Below, piece by piece: positions 40,707 to 54,356 of a stretch of 64,000 bases of DNA. Within the stretch, counting starts at the first letter, position 1. Each line of letters opens with the position of its first letter. The stretch is from assembly GCF_006345805.1 (NCBI RefSeq), contig NC_043017.1, positions 27,838,001 to 27,902,000 of the forward strand, read 5' to 3'. Origin of the DNA: Octopus sinensis. Its lineage: Eukaryota. Both the position numbers and the translations under genes were made by a program. The notes beneath the pieces are model-generated. The model was not told where the DNA came from. It searched no databases and saw only the letters and a list, made by a program, of their open reading frames with translations.

Positions 40707-40979
40707 CGCTGACAGTAGCGCTTCTCTTCAATATAATCTACGGAACGTTTTATCACATTATGGAGGAAGCCTTGTATTTATGGTGTTGAGATAACAAAAG
40801 TCTTGTGATAAACCGCGCATTACTGATCATGACATTCAGCTATTTCAACTATGATATTTTATTAGACGAACAGAGAGAAAATTCTAAAAGAATATGTGTG
40901 TGCGTGTGTGTGTGTGTGATGAGAAAGAGATCTAGCAGTGTGTGGGCGTGTGTGTATAACTGTGTGTTTATATAGATAC

Positions 40980-41010
<31 letters not shown>

Positions 41011-41694
41011 AATGTATACATATATACAAATGGGTGTAATATTCCCGGATATAAATGTCTATATTCATAAAATGCATTTCTTTATATACTTGTGTGTCAT
41101 TGCGTGTGCATGCATTTCTATATATGTACGTATATATATATATATATATATGTATACACACACACACACACATATATATATGCATGTATATGTATTTATA
41201 TATTTATTTATTTATTGATGCATATATATCTATATGTACTCATGTGTTTACGTATTTCTATGTATATGTTTTATATTGGTGTATATATATATATATATAT
41301 ATACATATATATGTCTGTATGTATGTGTGTGTGTACGTATATATATATATGTGTGTGTGTGTGTACGTATATATATATGTGTACGTGTATGCTTGTATAT
41401 ATGTATATACATTTATTTATATAGGACTGGTTGTGCTTTTTGGTTGAAATTATTATCAATCACTGTTTATATATATATATTTATATATATCTCATAACCT
41501 GGTGAACTTTATATACAATGTAGTGTAGATTAAATATGCTTTTTAAATAAATTAATGCTGCTGCATTTTCTGTTTATGTCAACGATAAGTATTCAGTTTC
41601 GACAAATAAAAATATCTGCTCGTTAAACTTATATATATATACGCATGAATATACTAAATATGTGTGTGTGTGTTTTGAGGATTTCCAAGACCAG

Positions 41695-42565
41695 CGAGGC
41701 GGTGAGGTGGAAGAATTGTTGACACACCTAGAAACGTGCTTGACAGCATTTTGTCGGTCTTTATGTTCTGGGTTGAAATTCTGCCAAGGTCGATTTTACC
41801 TTTCATCATTTCAGGGTCGATAAATTAAGTAACTATTTCTTTACTACCCACAAGGGGTTTAAACAGAGAAGGGACAAACAAGGACAGACAAACGGATTAA
41901 GTCGATTACATCGACCACAGTACGTAACTGGTACATAATTTATCGACCCAGAAAGGATGAAAGGCAAAGTCGACCTCGGCGGAATTTGAACTCAGAAAGT
42001 AGCGGCACACGAAATACCGCTAAGCATTTCGCCCGGCGTGCGAACGTTTCTGCCAGCTCGCCGCCCTACCAGTGAAATACTGGTGTTGATGTAGTCGACT
42101 AGTCCCCTCATCCAAAATTTCAGGCCTTGTGCCTTTAGCCAAAACGACTATAAAGGCAGTGACATGGCAGAATCCTACTAACGATTCGGGTAAAATGCTT
42201 GGCGGTATTTCATATTCCTTGGCTTTCTAAATTCAAATTCCGCCGCAGTCGACCTTGCTTTTCATAATTTCGAGGTCGATAAAATAATTACCAGTGAACA
42301 TTGTGATCGATTAATTCGAGTTAATCCGTCTCGCAAAATTGAAGCCAACAAAACAGCGAGCTGGCAGAATCGTTAACGCGTCCGGCAAAATGCGATCCAT
42401 CATTTCGTCAACCTTTAGGTTCTGAGTTCGAATTCTGCCGTGGTGGCCTTTGCTTGTCATCCTTTTGGCGTTGATAAAATAAGTACCACTTAAACACTGG
42501 TTGAGGGGGTGCAGTCGACTAACATCCTCACCTGAAATTGCTCGATTTATGCCAAAATATCAAAA

Positions 42566-42570
<5 letters not shown>
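41695..42570. mobile_element. Cluster of SINE-B copies in mixed orientation
   Basis: + 41695-41830, - 41835-42065, + 42150-42340, + 42345-42570; followed by (TTA)n. Confidence 0.8.
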
Positions 42571-42611
<41 letters not shown>

Positions 42612-42842
42612 ATTATTATGAAGTAACAGTTTGGTTCGGTTCTTTTCGTAGCGTCGTCTTTAAGCTAGGTTTCCAAACATGTAGAACAGAATTCGGTTCT
42701 ACGAGCTTGACCTGTTTGTGTCTTTCGCACAGCCACCGAATATTTCACTTGCATTGACCCTTATCAAATTGTTACTAAAATAATTATGTAACAACTGCCA
42801 AATGTATTGAGTCCCACTTTCTTCTGTTTATTCATTCACCAG

Positions 42843-43230
42843 TGTATATGTAGCTGTGTGGTAAGAACCACATGGTCCGGGTTCAGTCCCACTGCGTGGC
42901 GTCTTGGGCATGTGTCTTCTACTATTGCCTCGGGCCCACCAAAGCCTTGTGAGTGGATTTGGTAGACGGAAACTGGAAGAAGCCCGTCGTATATGTATGT
43001 ATATAGTTTTGCGTGTTTCTTTGTTTGTCCCCCTACTATCGTTTGACAACCGACGCTGGTTTGTTTATGTCACCATAACGTAGTGGTATCGGCAAAATAT
43101 ACCAACAAAATCAATCGAATATATACTACGCTTACAAAGACTAAATTCTTGGGGATGATTTCTTCGATTAACACCCTGCAAGGCTGTGCTCCAGCATGGC
43201 CGTAATCAAATGACAGCATGAAAGAGTAAA
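42843..43230 (+). mobile_element. SINE-A, diverged
   Basis: Body recognisable, head partly deleted. Confidence 0.8.
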
Positions 43231-43752
43231 TGAATACTTAAAACAGACGAATGGCTATGCGTTCCTTCTACAAATGTTTATTATGTGCTTTTCTATTGAC
43301 ATAAATCTGATACAGTCAGGTATGTAGAAGGCAGAACACACATAAATTACATAATACGTTGCGTAACTCCCGACTCATCAGAGTAAGTAAATATACATAC
43401 AAACAGTGACATACTGTTGAATGCATACTCTAACAATTGTAGCAGTACCAGCTGGACCATTGAATGACTTTAATATGTGTTTATGCCACATTCATTATTC
43501 TCTTCATCTTTGGATACTATGGGATTTGTGGATTGCCAAACAGTAGTGAAATTCCTGACATCGATGCATTCAGTGTCATGGTAATAAATTGCTCAAGTAT
43601 GTGATTTCTGTTTTCCTGTGAGGCCATTTATTGTGTCTTGTTTCTCCTTCATTTGTCTTCAATCATTGTGGTTCCCTTTTAATCACATACATACATACAT
43701 ACATACATATTATATGCATACATATATACACATGTATATATATATATATATG

Positions 43753-43794
<42 letters not shown>

Positions 43795-44059
43795 TATATA
43801 CACATATATTCTATTCCCTCTATTCTTCTTTGGTCTCTTATATGTATGTTGTATGTATATATATGTATATATTATATCATATATACACATATATTCTATC
43901 CCCTCTATTCTTCTTTGGTCTCTTATATGGTATGTATATTAATATATATATATATTATGTATATATAAAAATGTATTTTCATATATACAAATATACGTTT
44001 GTATGGATATATATATATATATATATGCATATAGACATATATATTATATATATATATAG

Positions 44060-44091
<32 letters not shown>

Positions 44092-44792
44092 ATATATATA
44101 TATATAATGGATATAAAAACTCAAAGAAACACACGTATATATTCGTACATATGAAGGTGAACTTTGTGCCGTTTGCGTGTCTATCTTGCAATCCACACGC
44201 ATAGATCAGTTTGTTTTTAGTTATGTATGAATGTATGTATGAACAAATAATTATTTTTACTCACGTTAACTTACGAAGCCGAATATTTACTCGCTCATTA
44301 AGACAACCCACACTTTTCCTTTACATCAGAGAAATAATAAATAACAGAAAGCGATGTGCTAATAAAGCGTTGATGTTGCCATACATTACTACACACACGG
44401 GCGCGTACAGGGTATGATACAGGAACACAGACATGCTCATACATACACACGCTTACACACATCCATTTGCGTGTACACATACGCTCCACCTACGTACATG
44501 CATAATTTCACATGTATTGTTAAACACGTCAAAACTTTAACGTATACAGCCGTGTATGTAATTAAACTACACCGTACGCTAACAGACACATGGAAATGCT
44601 CTTTTAAACACACGCTTGCGGAGTTACAAACGCATATGAAAAAGCTCATATTTGCATTAGCCTCAAATCATAACTATACATACATGCAGTGATGTATATA
44701 TTGAAAGACACATGCGTACGTTTGTAAAACATGCACATACTTACAAACATTTAAACAACGCTCTTTTACACACTCACTTGTGTATGTAAAGC

Positions 44793-44830
<38 letters not shown>

Positions 44831-45103
44831 GTATATAAATCGTAACCAGATGTTCTAACATGCACTCATGCAAGACCCACATCCATAAGCCATCACTCAC
44901 TCACCTTTCTTTGTTTCTCCCTTTCTCTCGCTTCCCTCTTGTCTCTCATCTCTCTCTTTCTCACCTCTCTCACCATTGCCTCTCTTCTCACTCTTTCTCA
45001 CCTCTCTCTCTCTTGTTCTCTCCCTTATCGTTTTCTTTTCTCTCTCTCTTCTCTTCTTATTCGTTCTTTCGCTTATATTCCTTCTCTCTCACTTTCTCTT
45101 TCT

Positions 45104-45134
<31 letters not shown>

Positions 45135-46198
45135 TCACATACACTCAAAGACAGAAACACAGATACACGCAAACACCTTCACACATATACATACACATCA
45201 GATGCCAAATTTATCACAAGTTTAATAGCAAATGTAATCATGCAATTTAAGGGTTTCTTACACACATTCTAGAGCTTATCATCTCTCTCCATTGTATACG
45301 GGGTGTTGATGCGGGTTAGAGGTTAGGGGTGGAGGTAATTGGTAATCATTTAGCACTGTTTTCAATGCTGATGCAAATGATAGCAGGAACAATAGAAGAG
45401 GCAGTGCAATCGATGCATTATTGTTGCTGTGCTGGGTGAAACCTAGTTCGGCTCCTATCAAGCAAGCTTAACGAAAACGCGTTCCAGCCGTGACTATTCA
45501 TGCACAGTGAATAAATAAATCTATACCGTCCGATGTGATTTGTTATGATTTTAATTGAAAGAGAATTAATTGGTGGCGATTGTGGGCACTCTCCCGAGAG
45601 ATCATATGCGGAAAGGCGTTTTAAATCTCATTGTGACGTCATATTTGTTCGAATGGTTTTGTTGTTCTTGTTGTTAATGTCGGGAGTGTGTTTACATCAG
45701 ATTAGCACTAACGAAAAGTCGTATGGTCATTAAATATTATTAATTATTATTAGCAAATGAAGTAAAAAATTAAACTAATTTGTGTATTGTAGAGTTATAA
45801 TCTATTTATTACATATGAATTTTAACAAAATCTTATGGGGATCTCCAAGGGTCATATGAACTCAATTTGAAAACGACCGATCTGCAGCGTTCATTTCTAA
45901 ATATTAGGATGCAATTTGCAAATTTTGACTATTGCTTCCAGCAGATCGAGTGAAAATAGTGCTATTAAAGAGAATAGTGGGAGAAGATTTCTCTTCCTTC
46001 ATTAGTTTGGGAAATTACACATTGTTAATAATTAGACATTGTTAATAATTAGTCATCGTTAATAACCACTAAGACAAATGTGAAAGAAGAAAGAACAAAT
46101 TATGTCCAAACCGGAAACCTGGGATGAATGCTTACATCCGAGATGATTTCGATAATGTGGTAGCGTTTAAATGGGCAATATACTAAAAATATTTGATA

Positions 46199-46602
46199 GA
46201 GTGGCTATGTGGTAGTAGCTTGCTTACCAACCACATGGTTCTGGGTTCAATCCCACTCCGTGGCACCTTGGGCAAGTGTCTTCTACTATAGAAACGGGGC
46301 AACCAAAGCCGTGTGAGTGGATTTGGTAGACGGAAACTGAAAAAAGCACGTCGTATATATGTGTGTATATATGTATGTGTGTGTGTGTGTGTATATGTTT
46401 GTGTGTCTATGTTTGTCACCCCCAACATCGCTTGACGACCGATGCTGGTGTGTTTACGTCCCCGTAACTTAGCGGTTCGGAAAAAAGAGACCGATAGAAT
46501 AAGTATTAGGCTTACGAAAAATACGTCCTAGGGTTGATTTGCTCGACTAAGGGCGGTGCTCCAGCATGGCCGTAGTCAAATGACTGAAGCAAGTAAAAGA
46601 GG
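46199..46602 (+). mobile_element. SINE-A, full length
   Basis: Head, internal repeat and tail present. Confidence 0.9.
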
Positions 46603-46731
46603 AAAGATGAAAAAAAAAAAGAGTTGAGTTCTACTCTTCTAAATATGATAGATGTTGTTCGAGAGAGAGAGATTTGAATAATCTGATGTAAACCACCAAC
46701 TGACGCATGCGCACGTACACACTCCACTTAG

Positions 46732-46829
46732 GTTTAAATTTGTTTTCAATTTATGGGCAATTGACATTTTGAAAAATCTTTCAATGTCCATTCCCAGCGG
46801 AAAAGCAATCAATGAAACAGGCCTTCTAG
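46732..46829 (+). CDS. Candidate exon (FKFVFNLWAIDILKNLSMSIPSGKAINETGLL), possibly spliced to 47041-47081
   Basis: Acceptor cactccacttag, donor GTGAGC. A strong acceptor tttattttctgtttcttgtctttcaaaag at 47040 continues in phase to a stop. No homology recognised. Confidence 0.22.
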
Positions 46830-48974
46830 GTGAGCTTGTTTTGAATGGTAATTTTATTAAGTTAGTCTCAAGTTTACCTGATATTTTAGCATTGGAATAG
46901 GACATTACGAAACGAAAATTGAAATCATTCCCTTGTCCTTATTCTCATTGACCTCATATTGCAAATATATATATTGAGTTTTAACCAGAGAGGTAAATTG
47001 CGGTCAATAAATTTATTTTCTGTTTCTTGTCTTTCAAAAGAGCAAAGATTCTCTACCAGACCACTAGAGCGAACCTCTTAAACCGCTGTTGGTCTGTGCT
47101 GATTGATAAATCTATAAAACCTCTGGACAATATGGCATAAAAGCTGATTATGGAATGGAGAATTTTGGCGTGCCATCGTCTTTGATAGTGCTACCGAAAT
47201 TTTTTCACTGTGTACATTATTTGCATGAAGACAAGCACTTCTCTGACTAACACAGTCTGTTGAATTAGTAATTAATTCATTACTGGTATACTTTTTATCG
47301 ACCCTGGAATGTGAAATAGTAAAACCCAGAAAGAGGAATTGCGGTGAATATATTAAGCTATAAGAAAACAAAAATGGTCCTTTGTAGGACTAATAGAAAA
47401 ACCCTTCTAAAACCAGGATGGACCATGTTGATACATAGATCTATAAATTTGATACATAAAGTGGTAATCATGTACCAAGTCTTCATTCAAAAAAAAAAAC
47501 TGAATATTGTGGAATGAAGAATTTCGGTGTTGCATCGTCTGTGATAATGGTACTGATATATTTTTTCATAGTGAATATCATTTGCTTAAAGACCAGCACT
47601 TCTCTGAATAGCACAGTCTGTCGTATTAAAAATCAATTCATTACTGGTACTCGTTTTATCGATCCTGCAATGGGAAATAGTAAACGTGTAGCTTAGCATT
47701 TGAACTCATTGGAGCGAAGTTAAATATTACAATACTGTCCACAACTATGTTGATTGGTTGTGTTGGTTTTCAATTTCCTCTGAACATTTTAAAACGTACA
47801 AAGAAGAAAAGGAAAAATATTCGATGAAAAAGATAATAGAATCGAGGTAGAAACCTCATTAGCAGTGAAGTAGAAATACTGCACTGTGTTCCACTGATAG
47901 AATATCTTCAGGCAAACAAAAGTTTCTAATATCGTTAGCTAGCAAGTTGTTATAGCATTACGAAACGCTATATATTTATGAGACAATTAAAGCACGTTTG
48001 CTTTGTGTTACTCGGATTGAGACGCATGAAATTTTAATGACGATATTATTGACCGATTTAATTATTAAAGGCAGCTAATTCTAAGATGGGAATTTCTGCA
48101 GAATGTGCGTTCCACACTATTAATCTGCGTGTTTTAGTAATATCCACAGAATGTCGAAAGAGCACAATATATTTTGTAAATTTCGAGTCGACTGAGTAGA
48201 AAATTATGTATTCGAGGAAATATTAACCAACGTCGTTTGTCTCATCTTTGTATGAAAAGTGGGAGAGAAAAAAAAATAATAATAACAACAAAGTATTATA
48301 TTCTAAAATATTTAGTAAATTATTGATTTTTCTTTTTCGACTTTAAATAAATTAACGAATGCAATCGCCAACTCCTTCCACACTTTATCTAATACTACAT
48401 GCAGCTTTTGTGTTCATGTAACTAGTTCTAGTGAAGCTAAAATTAAATACAAGTCAAATGTGGAAGTGAGGGGGGTTGGATATAATATCTTATAATGAAC
48501 CCATCGTGTATCAACATTGCGTGTTGTTATTCGTTCGCCGATTCAATTTCTCTTCATCTTTTCATATTTTTCATACATGTTAATACATAATATACTACAT
48601 AATATACGAGCATCGCTAGAAACCAATTATGGTAGTCGTCATCATCATCGTTATCTTCATCATCGCCGAATTACATTGACTGTTATCGTTATGAGCCAAT
48701 TAGTGACTTGATAGGTTGTGGCTCGACGCGCAAATCATAACTACGAAATTGTCCTCAAATAATAAACCGGCCTTCAAGAGCAGATCGCTCTTTACGAGAA
48801 GACTGCACTTTAAGAGAATGACAGATATGAAAACACACTATAAAAATCCCTAATCTGACGAAATGATCTTCAGCGAAAGACATTTGGTCGTAGGTTCACC
48901 AATTTGAGCTGCTTGGCGACGAAGAATAACAGCTTCCACCTCCTCTTTATTATACTCACAACAACAACATTAAA

Positions 48975-49474
48975 TCTTTTCTACTCTAGGCACAAAGCCC
49001 GATATTTTTGGGAAAGGGGCCAGTCGATGATATCGACCGCAGTACGCATTTGGTATTTAATTTATCGACACTGAAAGGGAAAGTCGACCCCGGCTGAATT
49101 TGAACTCGGAACATAAACACATAGGAAATACCTATTTCAGTACTGCCCACAAGGGACTAAACACAGAGAGGAAAAAGGACAAACAAACGGATTAAGTCAA
49201 TTACATCGACCCCAGTGCGTAACTGGTACTTATTTAATCGACTCCGAAAGGATGACAGGCAAAATAGACCCGGGCGGAATTTAAACTAAGAACGTAGTGG
49301 CAGACGAAAGACCTATTTCTTTACTACCCACAAGGGGCTAAACACAGAGACGACAAACAAAGACAGACAAACGGATTAAGTCAAGTACATAGACCCCAGT
49401 GCGTAACTGGTACTTAATTTATCGACCCCGAAAGGATGAAAGGCATGTTAACAATTCTGCCAGCTCGCCGCCTT
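48975..49474 (-). mobile_element. Trimeric SINE-B array (period about 181 bp)
   Basis: Junction gaaa(t/g)acctatttc at 49125-49138 and 49306-49319; a single head at 49445-49474. Confidence 0.85.
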
Positions 49475-49733
49475 AACAACAACAACAACAATAATAATAG
49501 CAAATAATAGTGACTAAGGTAATGTTCCACACTGCTGGCTCTTCGGGTGCCAGAGGACGGCCGAGGTAACTAAGAAGCTAAACAGCTTTTTTGGTAAAAG
49601 CAAAGAGAACGTTAGTAGTAGAACTGACATATCCAAATGAAACCCTTATGTAACATAGAAATATGGAAGGCCATTTATGCACACAAGTACGTGTGTCTAT
49701 GTTTTGCGTAGTGCTGTAAAGCTATACGTCACA

Positions 49734-50056
49734 TCAATTATTTATTTATGCGGCTTTTTTCAAGCCTAGCCAGGCTCATGGGCCCGGTTTCCCGGTTTCT
49801 GTGGCGTATGTGCCCCCCCCCCAAGCTGGACGGTACGCCAGTCCAACGCAGCGTTATTCAAGAAACAGGAAGGGAGGGTGAGAGAAAGTTGTGGCGAAAG
49901 AGTACAACAGGGGACGCCACCACCCCTTGCCGGAGTCTCGTGGAGAATTAGGTGTTTTCGCTCAATAAACGCAATCAACGCCCGGTCTGGGAATCGAAAC
50001 CGCGATCCTCCGACTGCGAGTCCGCTGGGCTAACCACTGAGCCATTGCGCCTCCAC
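49734..50056 (-). mobile_element. SINE-D (tRNA-like head, 3' end shared with SINE-C) with 10-bp TSD
   Basis: TSD atacgtcaca at 49724-49733 and 50057-50066; head TGGCTCAGTGG..GTTTCGATTCC. An older copy lies at about 29960-30235. Confidence 0.88.
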
Positions 50057-50849
50057 ATACGTCACACTGCATCGATTCAACGAAAAGACATAATTGAACA
50101 TTTCCATACATGCAGGTCGTTAAAATATTTACTGAAATGCGTACTAATAGAGTTACGATCAGATAAGAAAAGAAACCCCTTATATTGGCTTCTATGGCTG
50201 GCGCAAAACGATACAAACCAATGAATGAATACAATATCAATTATTGTATATCTATGTATCTGTCACTTATACGAGAGGTGTTTGTCCTTGTAAAGTTGTT
50301 CAAATCTGTTATCGAGAATATGTTCCAGAGAAAATGCCAGATATTTTTTTACACTGCAAATACGTCATAGATAGTTCACACATAGAATTCAAATCTCTTC
50401 ATATCTTTGAATATATTTAACGAAGTACAGAGAAGTTATACTTGAAGAAAGTTTAATATTAGGTATATGTGTGTGTGTGCGTGTCTGTGTGTGTGTGATT
50501 GTATGTGCGAGTGTGTTTACATTACATAATTTGGGAAACGCGTGCGTGTTTGGAATATTTTATATGTCTATGATCATACGTGTATATAAGTTACGCGCAC
50601 TAAGACACGTGCGCGCTCACACACACAAACAATTATATATACATATAAATAGATACACATGCAGACAAATTTATATATAAATAAATAAACAATAGACCTC
50701 CATATTTATCTATCTGCCTGTCTGTCTGTCTATCTATCTATCTATCGATTTATTTATCTATCTATCTATTTATCTCTATCTATCTATATCTATCTATCTA
50801 TATCTATATGAATCTATCTATCTATATCTATCTATCTATATCTATATGA

Positions 50850-50915
<66 letters not shown>

Positions 50916-50966
50916 ATATCTATCTCTCTCTCTATATATATATATACATATGTTACTCAGATTTAA

Positions 50967-51025
50967 ATGGCGGTGCCCCAGCATGGCCACAGCTCGTGAG
51001 CTGAAACTAGATAAAATAAATAAAA
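50967..51025 (+). mobile_element. Very short 3'-end fragment of the same LINE
   Basis: atggcggtgccccagcatggccacagctcgtgagctgaaac matches the reverse complement of 60045-60085 with one mismatch; an A-rich tail follows. Confidence 0.85.
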
Positions 51026-51131
51026 TTTTAAAAAAGATTGCCTGCCATAACTTTCCAAGTCTTATATCGCTATAATGAGCAGTTTTAGTTTTAAATGATT
51101 CTGCCAGCTATATCTCCGTATTGGTCCTTAC

Positions 51132-51246
51132 CATCACAGTTCCACAATGATGCCATACTGTCAATGTTACATTTCCTACTGTTTTTCGATACTTGCATCC
51201 AGTAACTGACAGTGATGATCGCAGACCTTGTGTGAAGAGGGTCAAA
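51132..51246 (-). CDS. Candidate internal exon, product unknown
   Basis: Acceptor ccctttagtttcaatatag, donor GTAAGG, 115 nt with two open frames. No homology recognised. Confidence 0.25.
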
Positions 51247-52082
51247 CTATATTGAAACTAAAGGGATCCATGCTACAATATATTTATCATGTAAATTAAA
51301 ACAAAAGAAATCATTCCCAGAAAATAAATAAATGATAGATACATTGATTTTGAGTATGGAAGATTTTAAAAACTTGTACTGACACACACATCCTATGTTT
51401 TGTTTCCATTTCATTTTCTTTTGCAGTGGATTAGGTCTTTCGTCACCGTTCATGATTTGTAAATAGATCGAAGCTCGTATGCATCAACAGGGCGACCAAA
51501 CCTATCACAAATTTCCATATACTTTGTGTCCAATTCGCGTAGTTGTTTGGAGCCCAGAATGCATGAAGTTTTATAAGACCAAGCTCGATGTCTTTGATTT
51601 CGTTGGCAGAACTTTGTAACATTTGCTTACCACTTGATATTTCAACAATAGTAACCAATTTTTTTCATCAGAAGTATGCCATAGGTTCATTGATTGTTGA
51701 GATGATTCAAAGGATATCCTCTGCCAAATGTCATTTGTTTGATGTTTGACACTTGTGCGTAATATTTTAATGTTTCTGACTAAAGCAAATATTTTGGCGA
51801 AGTAAAGTTTTATGCCCATACAGAGTTGATAGATGTTCGGGAGATTTTCGTTACTGATATGCATTTAGCTCATAGAAATTGGATCAATAAAAGATGAATT
51901 TCATTGACGCAAACAGGATGTGGAGCAACAAGGCTTAATGCTATAACGCAAATATCTTAGTTAACATTTCAGTCTCCAATCAAAAACCTTGAAACTGGTA
52001 GAAAACGTGGTGTGTGAAATTAATAAGCCACCCATTAGGATAAAATTTGAAGTGCATTACAGATAAAATATGAAACATACAT

Positions 52083-52119
<37 letters not shown>

Positions 52120-52121
<2 letters not shown>

Positions 52122-52312
52122 GGGAGAGTTTACGAGAAAAACAAAAGACGAAGACAGGTGGTGTACAAAACAAACAGATGTATTATTATAACGCTCAGGA
52201 ATAGAAAAAGTCGTTTACGTTTCGAGCCTACGCTCTTCTACAGAAAGGGACACAGAAAAAACATGGAGAAAACAAAATGTGTGTAATGGCTAACGATCTA
52301 TCAGTGCGATGT
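52120..52312 (-). mobile_element. Penelope-like terminal fragment flanked by (TA)n on both sides
   Basis: Reverse complement of 31421-31600; hammerhead-like motif at 52212-52247. Confidence 0.7.
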
Positions 52313-52313
52313 G

Positions 52314-52365
<52 letters not shown>

Positions 52366-52540
52366 CATACATACACATAAACATATATCAAGCGTTAATT
52401 TATAGTTGAAACAAATTACATACGAAAAGCGTTTATTTTTCAAGGTATATTTCATCATTTTGCTCAGCCTGGTGTACACACAAACGCATGTATGTAAAAC
52501 AGCTGTGTCGCGTTAAATGAAATAATAATGTATAATGTAA

Positions 52541-52572
<32 letters not shown>

Positions 52573-53087
52573 GTATACACACACAATCATATACGGTACA
52601 GGTCGTCACGAACAGGGCAAATTTCATGAAATACATAAACAAACGAGGGGAAGGCAAAAAAAAAAAACGAGAAAGAAATGGAAAAGAGGACAAGTAAACC
52701 GAACGAACCGTCCGAGTTTGTTTTAGTTCGGTTTTCTTGCATGTCTCCACTCTCATTTTTTTTGTTCCTATCTTTGACCCCTCTATAAATCCTGAATTTT
52801 AATTTACAAGTTATGGGAGCAAATTGAATATTAAAAATTATCCGTAATATTGTTAAGTACATACATGCATAACTACATACATACCAGCGTATATATATAT
52901 TAATATATATATACACACGCATAAACACACATTCACATATACATATATATATATATATATATATACACGCATAAACACACATTCACATATACATATATAT
53001 TATATATATATATATATATACACGCATAAACATACATTCACATATATATATATATATATATATACACGCATAAACACACGTTCACAT

Positions 53088-53128
<41 letters not shown>

Positions 53129-53739
53129 CGCACGCACACACATTCACATATATATATATATACACACCCAGACAGACAGACATATGGAGATAGACATATA
53201 TATATATATGTGTGTGTGTGTGTGAATGTCTGTGTGTATTATTGGTGTTCATGTATGCGGATATAGACTTATATGCGTATATATATATATATTCATTCAT
53301 GTGTGTGTCTACACACGCGAACACACAAACACATATGTAAATTTATTCATTCTTACACTCGTGTGTGAGTTCATGTGCATGTACGTGAGTTTGTTATGTG
53401 ATACCATTTTTATAGGAGACCGATGACCGCTGTTCGAAATAAATCAGCAGAATTTTTATGCGTTTTGTTTTGACAAGTTGGGGAGAGACATTTATTGAGT
53501 TTCTGAAAGGTTAGATATTCTATTATAAAATAACTCTTGGGCAATTTTTAGAACATTTTTTCTTACGTGAATATAAGACGTTGGAAAATGAGTGGTAGAT
53601 GGCTAGCGGTAAATAAAATGGATGAGTAATGGCCCAATGGCTAAAGTTTTGCCATAATGTAGTATGTTAATCCATTAACATTTGTCACGAGATTATCTCT
53701 AGGACATTTTATTAATGTAGCTTGCATTTACACACTTAC

Positions 53740-53831
53740 AAGAATTCGTTTCACAATGCTGGAACCTCTAGATTTTGGCGAATTATACCGGAAACATCTT
53801 GCTAATCTCCCAGAAATTTCTAACGCCCATG
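53740..53831 (-). CDS. Candidate internal exon, product unknown (WALEISGRLARCFRYNSPKSRGSSIVKRIL)
   Basis: Acceptor tattctttatttag, donor GTAAGT, 92 nt with exactly one open frame. No homology recognised. Confidence 0.25.
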
Positions 53832-53969
53832 CTAAATAAAGAATACCATATCGTACATCGGGGATCCCGGATCTATGAGAAAATATATTAGATTAATGAT
53901 TTGTTGATACTATAATTATATTAAATGTTTATACAAGACAACATCATGTTTTACTGCCTTAACAGTGCA

Positions 53970-54356
53970 TACTCTTTTACTCTTTTACTTGTTTTAGTCA
54001 TTTGACTGCGGTAATGCTGGAGCACCGCCTTTAGTCGAGCAAATCGACCCCGGGACTAATTCTTTGTAAGCCCAGTACTTATTCTATCGGTCTCTTTTGC
54101 CGAACCGCTAAGTGACGGGGACGTAAACACACCAGCATTGGTTGTCAAGCAATGCTAGGGGGATAAACACAGACACGCAAACACACACATACATATATAC
54201 GACAGACTTCTTTCAGTTTCCGTCTATCAAATCCACTCACAAGGCATTGGTCGGCCCGGGGCTATAGCAGAAGACACTTGCCCAAGATGCCACGCAGTGG
54301 GACTGAACCCGGAACCATGTGGCTGGTTAGCAAGCTACTTACCACACAGCCACTCC
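53970..54356 (-). mobile_element. SINE-A, full length, little diverged
   Basis: Reverse complement of the 15843 type with only about 20 bp of internal repeat. Confidence 0.92.

Noticed and set aside
45634-45695. Perfect CRE (TGACGTCA) near a forkhead-like TGTTTAC
   Set aside because: Roughly one 8-mer match is expected per window of this size; no supporting promoter evidence.
48866-48905. CTGACGA..GAAA spacing resembling a hammerhead
   Set aside because: Stem II and stem III do not pair in register; likely chance.
49535-49553. CTGGC-TC-TTCG-GGT-GCCAG hairpin with a C(UUCG)G tetraloop
   Set aside because: A single short stem with a bulge and no larger RNA architecture; expected by chance.
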